Assembly (NCBI GenBank): GCA_965645245.1
Contig: OZ287068.1
Coordinates: 2,666,001-2,730,000, forward strand
Source of the DNA: Massalongia carnosa
Taxonomy: Eukaryota
Length of the DNA stretch: 64,000 bases
Direction of reading: 5' to 3'
Shown in pieces: positions 11,648-23,676 of the stretch (position 1 is the first letter of the stretch; each line of letters starts with the position of its first letter). A program made the translations under genes and the position numbers. The notes beneath the pieces are model-generated. The model worked only from the letters and a program-made list of their open reading frames with translations. It searched no databases and was not told the origin of the DNA.

Positions 11648-13642
11648 ATGGAAAACCCGTATCAGATTCGCAGTCCGGCGACACAGCGAAACAATCAATC
11701 CGTGACCATGGCCCCCACGGCGTCGATGATTGATCCAAATCTTGACAATCATCGCATGGCCAATTCGCAAATGTCTCATGACTACAACACATCCCAGATG
11801 CAAAGGAACTCGAATATGCTAGACAATCATCATGACCTCCATCAAATGATTGGCCATGCGCCAAACCGGGTCCTACCGTCGGTTGAGGTGAAGGACGAAA
11901 CGATGGACAACGCTTATGTGGACTTTATCATGTACTGCAACCCTGCAATCCCAGCTGATATTGATACCACCGAATTGAGAAAAAGTTTCCGCTCGCCACC
12001 CAAGAGCGATGGGAAGAACTTTAGCCCATTCGTCTTGTTCGGCTTGATATCCAGGTTAGAAGCCAAAGACATCAAGACCTGGACACAGCTGGTGACGGAG
12101 CTTGGGGTCGAGCTCCCTGATGCGGCAAAGAATCAAAGCACGCAAAAGGTCCAGCAGTACGCTGTGCGGCTGAAGGTAAGTACCCCTTTATGTTTTCATC
12201 CATCGATGTTCCAACATGACCGAGTTGGCAGTCCAACAATACTATGACTAATTACGCAGCAGCGCTGGCTTCATGCATTTCATGTGGATGCGTTTTTTCA
12301 TTATTGTTTGGGTATCCCCAACACATATTACACGGACCGACCAGTCCCGACCGGCTCTCTGGTCGATAGCATCCGTGACGGCGTGCCACCGGAAGAAGAC
12401 CTTGCCCTCCGGGCTCTGCTCCCTGAATGGCGACCCAAACGTGGCCGGCGGAAGGCCGACGAGGCGGAAGGTGAAAATAGTGCCAGCAAACGGACCCAGT
12501 TCCGCCGATCGGCCAGCGCCGACTTCTTCAGCAACTTTGAAGAGCAGTACCCGCCTCACCCACAAAGCGGAGTTCCATGGAGCACGCATCCCCAACAGGC
12601 CGATGCCTGGACGGCAGCACAGGTGGCGATCGCGCCTAAATCGCAAAGCACGGCACCAACGCCTACTTTGCAGCACTTGAGCGCGCATACCGCAGGCCAG
12701 CAAATCCGGTGGCGGCTGAACGACCACATCAACACGCCCTCGACCCCCTACCCGCAATCGGCAATCACCCCGCGCAACAGCTACTCCGCCACCGCCTCTT
12801 TCGAGGAGCCCCAATCCGCGAACATGGCCTCCGCCGCGGGTGGGAAATCCCCCTCCAGTCGATCCCGGAAGCGGCATGGCCCCGCCGTCTCCAGCGCCTG
12901 GCCAGGGAGCGCGAACACCACGCCGGGAAAGCTAAGGGGAAGACCCCCGAGCAATCGTTCCGTTCAGGATGGTCCCTTCTCCACGTTCCCGGCGAACCCG
13001 AACCCGAACCCGACCCCAACCCCAAATCCTAAAGATACCCCAACCGTCAACGTCGCCACGTCAACCACACAGCATCTTGCCAGCCCAAGTCCGAACCGTT
13101 CCGCGCAAGGAGAGCGAGCCACGGCGGGAAACGGAAACCCTGTCGCGCAGCTCCAATCGGCCGCCCCGATCACGGGTTCCCCTCGGTCCCCGGTGCCCCG
13201 GCCTCTGCCTCCTCCAACCCCTGAACAACGACCATTTACGCGCAAACCCAGCAGACTGCAGCTCCAAGTGCCCGAGCACGCGGGCGGTCCCGTCCGCCTG
13301 GCGACACCGCCGCGCGTGCTCATCAATGGCGAAAGCGACCGCCAGCAGCATCCTTCCGGCTCCTTGCACAATCCGAATCTCGGCGGGCAGCTGCTGGAGC
13401 GGAGGTCCTCGGCAGATTTCTTCAACGGGATCGACGATGGGTCTGAAGACGAAGGGGGGGGCGGGGGGGACGATGACGAGGGGGGTGGAAGCGAGGAGGT
13501 TGGCGGGGGGAGCATTGGAAATGGAGGGGGAGGTGGGAATGTGGATTGGAAGCGCCGCGCAATGGTTTTGAAGCGGAAACTGGGGGAGAAAGAGGAGGAG
13601 TTACGAGCGTTGAAGAGAAGGGTACTGGAGGCTGTGATGTGA
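11648..13642 (+). CDS. abp2: ARS-binding protein 2 (Abp2) family DNA-binding protein, 2 exons (intron about 12176-12262)
   Basis: DNAYVDFIMYCNP...FRSPPKSDGKNFS...STQKVQQYAVRLK/RWLHAFHVDAFF; WRPKRGRRK; AT-hook-like KLRGRPP; C-terminal DWKRRA..LKRKL coiled coil. Confidence 0.87.
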
Positions 13643-15237
13643 AAATTAATGGGTTTGGTATTTTTGGAAGATATCATGAAGTGTCAAAATATTGTTAGGG
13701 AACTATATTTCTGGAGGATATCGTACAGTTATGGAGTGTTGTGTTCCTTATGAGATTGTTTTATTTCTCGGGAATATTAATTTTTCTTTCTCGTTCTTTG
13801 GAGACTGCGGAATGGTTAGTTCTCCGAAGATGGGGAAATCTGACACCTGCGTGATCGATCTGTTTTTATCTTTTTGTTGGATTGATATGGTATTACTTTG
13901 TTATATATGTTTTTTTCTTTTTCTTTTACTTTTTTTTTCATTCGTAGTTTCCCCCGCGAAAGAGAAAATCTACTAATTACTGGCTAGAAACCTGTCCGTT
14001 CCGTTTCGTTCCGTTCCTTCCAGACCTCCTCCATCCATGCATGCATGGATGTATAAGCTAAATCAACGAACTTGCGACAATTTGAGCCAGTGTTTGAGCA
14101 AGGAACCTAGCAGAGGGTATCTACGAGATATATATATATACCATATACCACCAAAAGCGGGGAGAAAAAAAGGCGAATAGTGAACGCACCCACACACACA
14201 CACACACACAGAGACAAAGAAACGAAAGGGCAAGGAAGAAAGAAAGTAAGGAAGGAGATGAGAGGATGGGAATATGTGTTTTTTGGGAAAGATTGCTGGC
14301 TGTGAGCTTTTTGGGGGGGGGGGAAGACAAGGAAGTGGAATGAGGAGAAACGAGAAATGGGAAAGGGAAATTGGAAATGGGGGTAATGGTTTTGGGGTGG
14401 GGGGTTTCCTGTTAGTTGGGGGCTAGAGGGGTTGGGGGGCAGGGGGCGTTTGGGGGAGTTGATTTCTTGAATTTAATTAAACCGAATCTCGAATCCCGAT
14501 TCTCGAATTCCAACCCCCAAAATCCAAGTACTCCGTACTAGTGGAGAGGATGGTTGATTGATTGATTGATTGCTCGGCCGGCCCTAAAGCTGTATGGATT
14601 TGGTTTAGGGATTCGAGAAGATTCTGAAGAGAGATTGAACGGTGAGCGAATGAATGCTCTGATTATTATTATATACCCCAACTCCCTGAAAGCCGAGTCC
14701 CTAAAACCGACTTTTTCATTAACTAGCCGATTTTCCGCTCCAAACCACCCCCTCCTCTTCTCCTTCTTTTTGTCAGTCAGCTGGGGAAAAAGAAAACGAA
14801 GAAAAACGAGGGCGAGTCTAGTTTTGCTTTGCCTTTTTTCCCTTTTTTTTTTTTCTTCTTCTTGGCTGTTCTCCTGTTGCTACTGTTACGAGAAAATGGC
14901 CTGTATAAGTGGCGAGAGAGAAGTCTATGGGAACGGATTGTTAGAGCAAGGGGAAGGTTGGGAAATGAGGATGAAGAATGGGGGGGGACTTTCGTTGTTC
15001 GAGGACGATAGGGAAACAAGAGAAAATAAATAAACATTTGAAAACAGAAATCAGAATCTTTGTGCTGGGGTTCGAGAATGGGGTTTGGTCGAGATGTGAT
15101 ATAGGTGATACAACAAAACAGTACGCGAAGAGGAAGTAAATAATTGGGTAATCGTTGATAGGTCACAATGCGTATTATATTGGCTAGTTTTTTTACTCCC
15201 CCCTTCCCCTAACCATCACCGTGAACCCTCCAACCGC

Positions 15238-17310
15238 TCAAATCCACCTGCCCCTCCTGCCCCTCGCCCCACCTTCGCCCAACTCTCGTCCCTTTTCCGT
15301 TCGTCTAAAACCATATGCCGATCCTCGCAGATATGGCCCATAACAGATCGCCTGCCTTCGGGGCAGAAAATTCCGACTATCGCCAGAACGGGAAAATGCT
15401 CTTGAGATTGTCGATACTAGGTCCGAGACTCTTGCTGAAGAAGGAAGAGCCCCGGCGAGTGTTTCTGAGAAAGATAAGGGGGCGTTTATGTCATGCTGAA
15501 GTGAGGTGAAGGGGTATGTATCATGGCTATTTCTTATGAGAATTTGGGTTTCTGGAATAGGGGTAAGCATAACCAGTAGTTGTTCAAAAATTGGTAATCT
15601 TTCGCTTCTTAAAGTTTTGTGAAGAATAAGATATAGTTCCTGTAATGCAGCTAGCTGAAGTCCAAGGGGAATCTTCTGGCATTGCGAAAGGGTCGGGGTA
15701 TTCATTGAATAATAGTTAAAATAAGACGACTTCATAGGTCGAGCTTCAAAGTTATATTTCTAGAGTTGGTTGCAGATAGAGACGCTCTCACATTCTTGGA
15801 TATCATCCCACGAAGTACTGCTTCAAGGGTCCCACTCTGTTATCAGAAATCTAGTTGTGAAGTACATTGTCATCTAGATTCCGTAACTTCTCGATCTACA
15901 TACCTGATATTGCCGAATGGCAATGTTAGAAGAAAGGCCCTTGGCTGGGAAAGCGCGCTGTGCATTTCTCATATAAGAAAAACTACTAAACCGTCCGGAC
16001 TCAAAACACTGAACTTAAAGCTATTAGATCCACCTACTTATGGTTGGGAAGCGTTTAGAGGTAAGCCATGCCTGTAGCTGATGAAGCATCTAGTATCATA
16101 CTAACCAGAGTGATAAAAATCCCGCAGAAGTGATCAGATAGACTGAATAAACTGCTGCTCTCTTTCTCGAAGCGTTATTAGCACCTAAAACCCAGTATCA
16201 ATATTTTTTAAAAAGTCTTGAGACATTGGCTAATGTGTAAGCCCAGCTTAGTGAGCTGAAGAGCAAGCATAGAGTGAGGATCGTCTATTATGCTCCAAGA
16301 GAAGAACCCCCCCCCCCCAAAAGGCGTTGAACTTGACATCCATAATCCGAAGCTTTTCAGCTCAACCACAAAAAGTGTTTTCACGTAGGATGAGGTTACC
16401 TCTAGGTTGCTGGCCAGGGAATATATCTCCAGTGTTGGCACTAACCCCCGGGGACTTAGTGATCTCCGGATAGCCTGGTACTGAGCAGGATCATTGTTCT
16501 TCCAGTTATATATCCAGATAAGACCTTTCCATTCACTAACAAAAAGCAGGTTTAGCTTAGACGGTTAAATTGTTAAATTCGCTTCTGGGATCAAGAAAAG
16601 GGCACCGGTTCGAATCAGGTAAAAGAGATGTACAACTCCTAGGTTTCAATTCTAGGAGTTGGAACTCTTTATGCCATTTTATTTGTTGGATGTTTGAATG
16701 GCGTGACTGAATTTTTAAAATAGTTCTTATGGCAATATGACCCATTGCTCACTCGATGCGGTTTGCCTTAATAGTATTGAGAACAAAGTTGCCCTGGCCC
16801 CTTGCCACCGCTTCTTACACACTAGACATGTGCTATGTACACCACCTGCTGGCAGCATTAAATCAACCTCTTTTAGTATTGTATCTAGAATTTACCAACG
16901 AGGAGACGATGACGATATCCACTGGCTATTGGTACACATCGTCCTCTCAACAAGACTTCCGCTTCTTAAGACAGCTGTTCTAGGCTGGAGTCATGTTTTC
17001 CGATCATTGTTGATGGACCAGAATAAAAAGTGTACAGACTCCTTCAAGTGTCAGAAGAAAGCTTCCTGGAATGAGGATAACTCCTTGGATAAGAATAAGT
17101 GTCTTAGGTTTCCAAGGGCCAGGAACTCCATACGTCCCTGAGTTATCCTTGGATAGAAGTAAAATCCTTTTACCTCATGGTCAGTTTCTAATAATTGATA
17201 GGCAAGCTCGACCATGCGGGTAATCCGGGAATCCTCGAATTCGTGCCACACAAGTCATTGGGATGAAGGCACGGGCTGCTGGGACCATGTCTCCCATTCC
17301 CGATGCTGAA
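15238..17310 (-). pseudogene. Possible decayed gene of unknown family
   Basis: A chain of protein-like minus-strand ORF pieces (17251-17051, 16745-16557, 16441-16208, 15735-15238) broken by stops and frameshifts; no recognisable domain. Confidence 0.3.
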
Positions 17311-18794
17311 CGGCTGGACAACGCATGTATTAGAGAAATGGGGAGCACATATTGTTTTGGGACTTTTGGGGGGCGAATATGAAGATAGATAGGGATCCTA
17401 CTATACCCTTAGATGGGGACGCAGACTCTCAACGAAAGCTTGGAAATATAAGATTCGGAACGGGTACTTTAAAATGGGAAGATGTAAACCCCAACCTGTG
17501 GATGTACATTTTCAATGAGAGTTGCTAGCAACAGTCATGGCATAAAAGGCGGCTCTCAACCGTGCTGTGGAATAGATATTTCCCACAAAGAATTGCTCTC
17601 GAAGCACTCCGCTGTTCATTGAGTTAAGGTTCTTACTTGAAAAGCGATATAGCGACAGACTGCACCTACCAGCCCGAGATTTCCATGGCAATGGTTCGAA
17701 AGATTTAAGGATCGCACACTTCAGCCGGAGGCCTTTCGACCAACAAAAAGCCTTGGAAGGTTGCCATGATATAGGTCAGACCATAATGCGTTACTTTGTG
17801 CTACTAGAGCTTCTTTGGGTAACCTGGACCAGCGCGAACGGTAATATTAGGACCAAGTAGAAGGCGATCAGTCACAAAGGATCAAGAAGGAGACCGGTGG
17901 TTAAATAAATGTCTCAATCGACGACCGAGTAGGGGAAATGAGACCAGGAATTATGGCCACGATAGAAGCTTGGGAGATGGAGGTTGCATCATCAATCAGG
18001 AAGCACTATATCTTCTTTCTTTTATGTTTTTTTATTTTATTTTTTATGTCATCATCTTTACAGGGTAGAGAGATTGCTTCCCAACCACGGTGTTTTCGGC
18101 TGGGAAGTTCACTTGATGCAGTTTCTCGGGAGACATCCCGTTTATCGGTTTAAACCTGATCCCTGCAACTCGGGATCGTTAACAGTCATGCAAACAGATT
18201 CCTTCGTACTCACCCTAAACTTGCATTACATCTCTCATCGCATACATACCCAAGAGCCCTCATACTTGGAGTCCGTCTCTCTTACTTTGTATTATCATGT
18301 GTATATTCAGTCCCTCGCTCTTGGCATTACATCTAGGTCTCTTTCTTATGTCCTTCTCCCTGACCTGCTTTTTTCCAATAATTAATATTTCAATTGAGGT
18401 CCATGTTATTTATCACAGCATTAGTAGCACCGCAAGCCTCTCAAGCTCTTCTATTTCGATCATGACGAGGCACGCAATTAGATGAAAGAATCTACAAGAA
18501 GTCATTTACTTTTCGCCTGTCTGCCGTCATCTGCATCAACTGCATCACACATCGCCGATTATCAGACAATTTTCCTAGTCGTCACCGGGTGAACAATTGC
18601 GTTAAGGTGTCTCGGGTATTCAGGAAATTACGTACAGAGTAATATACTCTTCAATAAAAATGTCATGACCCCGCATTGATTGGTATCATAAATAGTCCAG
18701 CCAGTTCCTGAACGCAACTTCATTACGGCTTCGTCTACACGAGTATCATCATCTACCCTATACAATTCCAAAAAACGACCCTGAGTGTTATATA

Positions 18795-19269
18795 ATGCCT
18801 GTATCGGAGCCAACCTATGATAGAAGGTAAAGGAGAATGATATAGCTCATATGAGTGGTTAAACATGCTTTTTGACGACCATTCCTATAGTCGGCCGTTT
18901 CCAAACCTTGAGCTTCTTTATCAGTACCAGCTTCAAAATGCTCCTGGAAAGACTATTCTCGGAATGAAAGTATCGTTCCCACCAAACGGGTCAACACCTC
19001 CTCATCGTCATGCAGGAGCGTCTATTACAGCTCATGTGATTGAAGGCAGCGTTCTCAACAAAATGAACGACGAGCCCATGAAGACTATCAAGGCTGGAGA
19101 GTCGTGGTACGAAGCGCCGGGATGCCATCACAAGATCAGCGACAATGCCAGTGCGACCGATAAGGCACTGCTCCTTGTCACGTTTGTGATAGACACCGAG
19201 GCTCTGGAGCGGATTCTTGAGGATCAGGGGCCTGCGGGTTTGGTTCAGGTCGATGAAGAGTATAAGTAG
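18795..19269 (+). CDS. Cupin-2 (RmlC-like) domain protein, 2 exons (intron 18827-18890)
   Basis: Spliced MPVSEPTYDRSRPFPNLELLYQYQL; metal-binding motifs PPHRH...HVIEG and GESWYEAPGCHH. Confidence 0.88.
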
Positions 19270-20333
19270 GGCTAAACTGAGATGAGCGAGAATGACTCTA
19301 GAACTGAATCATCTCCTTCTCAATGTTACTCAGCTGGGCAAACTATAGCAACTAACGAGGAGAACCTTAAAGCCATACCGATTAACGCGTGATCTATTCA
19401 GGATGTACCTTTTGATTTGAAATAAACTATGTGGCATTATTCTTATTGTCGGGAGTATCGTGCACGGGAAAGGGGCCATGCGGTTAGTAAAGCGCCAGGA
19501 ATCAATCCCTTTCATCATCTTCTTGTTTTTATTTTCCCTCTGTAATCATGATATTACAGGGTAGCCCGAGCTGTAGCGAACAAGGATAGATAGGTGACGA
19601 TTGATTTGATTTAAATCAACCCCCAACAGCGGCGTCGTCAATGCGGGATTCTGGGTATGTAGGGTAGGTAGAGTAGTTAGATAAAGTAGTCACTCACTCA
19701 CTCTTGGCAATATCCGTTCATTCAATCAGCTAATCACTCACCCACTTCTGACCGCTGACCGCTACTAGACCAAGCAAGATGCTTGATTAGCCTCTAATGA
19801 TAAAGACACCAATTAGCGGGTACGAAGGAGCAGGCAGCAGCGATATGTACATGCGTACCCCAAACTCCCCCCCCCTTAAAATCCCATTACCGAAAATAGA
19901 AAAGCCAAAAACCCGCATACATAAACCCCAGAAAGCTCCATCTCCCTCTCCTAGTCCCATAGCAGGGACAGATATAGCAGTTGGGGGGGGGGGGTTGTAT
20001 GCGAGGAGAAAGAGGGAGGAAAGGAGAAAGGAAAAAGATGGATGATCGGGAATGGGAGAAGAATGGTATAAGAGGGGGCAAGTATATTTCGTAGCGGGAG
20101 ATGACGATCCCTAAAGGGCCCTCCTTTCGTGGAGCTAAAGCAAAAATCTGGTTAAGATTTCCCCAGATCTTTTCTTTTTCAAAAAATGCTTGAGGGCTTC
20201 AAAAACGGCGTCGATGGTGAGGACGGGTTCGCTTTAAGCAGTTTTTCGAGTCTCGGAAACTCGAATATAAGTCTTCTTAACACCCTAGAATAAATCCATC
20301 TACCGATTAACCCTTACGCCACCATAAACCCCC

Positions 20334-21962
20334 TCATCCAAGATCCATCTCACCATTGTGCTCCGACCCTCTCCTACCGTTTCTCGGCTCCTCCGCAGCT
20401 GCGGCGGCAGCCAACGCCCCTTCCCGGCTCTGACACCCTGGGCAATTATGCACGACCTCGTGGGAAAAAACATCGCAATCAATGCAGAAGAAGCGACCGC
20501 AATTGCCGCACTCGTAACGGCCGCTCTCGCTCACGCCATCTTTTGAAGTTCCCGTTACAGTATTAGCGTTGGGTTTTGGTTTGATAGGTCTGGAGGCTGT
20601 TCCCGCAAGTGAGGTTTTCCAAAGCTCAACGCTGCTCGACACATCATGCGGGTGAGGCTTAATTGGGTTTTCCGGAAACGCAGCTTGGCAGCCAAAACAA
20701 CACTTCTGCTTTGAATGTGTCGCCCTGGACCAGGAGACTTCGCTCCAGTTCTGCAGAGGGAACAGATGGTGATAGCTTCGTGCTAAGTGTGTGCTAAGGA
20801 TTAGAGTCAGACCGCACGCCGGACACGCGGTCGGAAGCGAGCACACTTTTGAGGCGCAGCGAGAACAATTGTAGCCGCCTCGAGTTGGGCGGGAGTGGCA
20901 TGCACAGAGGGTAGGTGCAGGGTCGACGATGCGGGAGGGAAAACCCATCATGAGGAGGGAAGATTTGATGGCCGCTTCTTCCTCTGCCCCAGTCGAGCTC
21001 GAGGAAGGCGTAGCTGGTGGAGTGGTGGCGCGCATAAGAAGGTCACGATAGTGGGATTCGTCCAAGGCGACGGAGTAGGATTTCCCGGGTGAAAGGAAAG
21101 GGTTGGTACGAGTGACTAAGGTGCGGCAAATGGCGACTTGAGCAGCAAGGCCTATGACCGTACAAGTAATGTGGGAAGCGCAGAGGGCGGTGATACTACT
21201 ATGAATATCGCCTGGGTCGGAAGAAAGTAAGGAGCCATAGAGGATGAGAATTTCACGTGTACCATGAGCAGGAGCATGGCTAGGCGCAAGAATTTAGGTC
21301 AGGACTGAGGGTAGAAGCAAAACGTGGGTCGCACTCACAAGAGAGCGGCGCGGGCCATGTCGAGCCCATTTTGAAGGCTGGGGTTACCTTTGGGTTCTTG
21401 GTCCTGGAAAGTTTGAAGACGAGTTATATGGTCGTTTGGGTTCCCGCTCATGTCGCTAACACGCACAGCCAAACCGTCACGCATGCCTATGATACCAAGC
21501 TGCGAGATGGGGTTTTGCTCAAAAAACTCTGTAACAAACTCCGAGGCATAACGCAACGTGAGGAGATATCGTGTGGGAAGGAGGTCCTTCTCGGCCATGG
21601 CGGAGGAGAGGTCGACGATCAGGATCAAATGGCGGATTATACCTCGCTGTAAGGGAGTAGTGTCTTTGAGCAGTCTGGCAGGAGTGGATTAGCATGTCAC
21701 TTTCCCAGAAAGGGTTGCTGTATCTTCACCATTCCCCTCACCTCTTCCTCTTGCCCGCCGCGAGTAACTCCTCGACCGTGGAGTTGATGGTTCCATCGGC
21801 ACTTTCAACCACATTTTCCCAGGTTCGAGTAACCTCCCATCCTCCACCTCGCATGCCTTGTCCAGAAGCCCTAGTACCCACTCCAGCGCTGCGGGTAACC
21901 TGATGGGCTTCGACTTCTTCATCGGAGATTTCTTGTATATAATCATCGTCCGAGTCGGCCAT
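20334..21962 (-). CDS. SSL1: TFIIH subunit Ssl1/p44 (vWA domain plus zinc fingers), 3 exons
   Basis: MADSDDDY; QRGIIRHLILIVDLSSAMAEKDLLPTRY; FFEQNPISQLG; GFPSR; CACH..GGYNCSRCASKVCSLPTACPACGLTLILSTHLARSYHHLFPL; FCIDCDVFSHEVVHNCPGC. Confidence 0.96.
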
Positions 21963-22449
21963 ACTGATATCTGGAAACTTTAAAGACGACACAAACAAAC
22001 AACAGGTTTGGAGGAATGTGCAGTTCAAGTTGAGTGTTGTCGTGTGGTGTTGAACGTTGGGTTGGTAAGACACCCATCTAGCCCTAGCCCTAAATTTCAA
22101 GGAACAGCTCAGCCCTAATGTGGAATCATCGAGTATTGGAAACAAAAGGTAATTAATTTAGAGTCACAATGGCATGCAATATTACGATCCGTTCATAGTC
22201 TTTATTCTACATATTCACATGCCAGGCCTTCCGACAACATTACAAAGTATTTCCCCCCATTTAAAGCCACCCAGCAGATTGCCTCAGCAAGCCTCCGGAA
22301 ATAAACGCAAAATGCAAACGCCATAGCCGAATATTGTTGACAAGCCCGGTGAGTACCATGATGATATTGTATATCCATAGATGCAGCAGGGTGGAATTAA
22401 CATTAGTCGTCATGTAAGATAGGAAATTTTTGCGCAAGGGGTATCGGTG

Positions 22450-23676
22450 CTAGGTATATGACCCCCCTGCAACGGGAATCGGCCAATCATCTTCCGTGAT
22501 GCTTGACCAGAACTCCCATGTCATAACGACCGAGAGGAGAGTAAAGAACGTTTCGAAGAGTGCGCCATTGATTTTGCCATGGGTGGCATTGCAGAGGTGA
22601 ATGCTGATAACATATTGGAAAATTTGCCCAATCGCGAACAATAACGTGGCAGCCAAGAGATAGACTGTTATCTGTCAGTAGCTGCAGAAACCAAGTTGAC
22701 GGAAGTGAACACGCACGCATTGGCTTCTTCTCCCCTAGTACTCTCAGAACCAGCACTGTTTCCAGGAGGAAGAAGCCGGCAAGGCACAACAATGGTAGAA
22801 GTTGGTAGAGCACATAAAGACCAATGCTGCGGTTGGGTGCCAGCAAACTTGAGTCGAAATGCCCGGTCCAGCTGAAACCAGTATCAAGCGCGATGTAGCC
22901 AGTGCCAACAAATAAAGCCATTGCAGATAGCAACAGCAATCCCAAGGAAAGTGGTGTTCCGTCGTCGAGAAGTTGATAGCCAACGACACCATTGAGAAGC
23001 AGCACCCATAAGGTAGCTACTATGGCACCCAGATGGATTGCTGTGAAGGCCTGGTACACACATCAGCAGGACATCCATCTAGGGGAGGGTGATTGGATCA
23101 TACAAGTCTGACTTTATGGTTGAGAGGAAAGCCCCCAACTGTGAAGATCTCACATATTTCAATGATTATGTAGCCGAGCAAGAATAGCTGAAACTCTCTG
23201 GGAATTATCAGTAAAATCCGCGAGGCTTGCGCAGGACCTCCTGTTTACCTTCGGCCCACCGCAGCTTGTTTTCTCTCTGATCTTAGAAGCAGGAATATAG
23301 TGACGAGAATAGCTAAAGCACAGAACAGTATGGAACCTTGATGCCATTAGCAGGGCTCTTCAATGTATGCTATACAGTCCTAACCCAGATTTTCCAGATG
23401 TCGCCCGCGACTGAGTGCAATGCCTGTCAACGGACATTGCCCATGCGTATCTTTAAACAGCTATGTGGAATGTCAGTCAACTGATCCAGAGCCCACAGCC
23501 AGGTATGCTTCGCATATATGGAGGCGGTCGTTTCATGTGTACGTACATTGCAAACCGGAAGAGTGGAATCCCGACAAAAGTCCTATAGAAATTGCTCATG
23601 TTAGTTGCACAACCCGAGGAGAAAACTTCAAGCGGTCTAAACACACGTGAAAGTTGCCAAACTGGGTGGAACCCAT
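22450..23676 (-). CDS. CHS7: Chitin synthase III export chaperone Chs7, multi-exon
   Basis: Spliced MGSTQFGNFH/DFCRDSTLPVCN/LFKDTHGQCPLTGI.../GSILFCALAILVTIFLLLRSERKQAAVGRR/EFQLFLLGYIIIEICEIFTVGGFPL.../AFTAIHLG...LLLNGVVGYQLLDDGT...FWSSITEDDW. Confidence 0.93.

Noticed and set aside
9130..13642. piggyBac transposase as a domesticated gene functionally linked to the adjacent Abp2-like gene
   Set aside because: Perfect TIRs indicate a mobile copy. Abp2 is unrelated to the transposase-derived CENP-B/Abp1 proteins, so adjacency is best explained as a promoter-proximal insertion.
12248..13677. Long antisense and alternative-frame ORFs over the Abp2-like gene (also over the lipase, CTL and HEM13 genes)
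   Set aside because: These are shadow ORFs of GC-rich coding sequence with no domain signal.
13692..15200. ORFs in microsatellite and homopolymer-rich intergenic DNA (also about 19800-20100, 26600-26900, 37280-38120, 47440-48400, 52190-52900)
   Set aside because: Low-complexity translations (poly-F/K/P, CA and ATGG repeats) with no splice or domain support.
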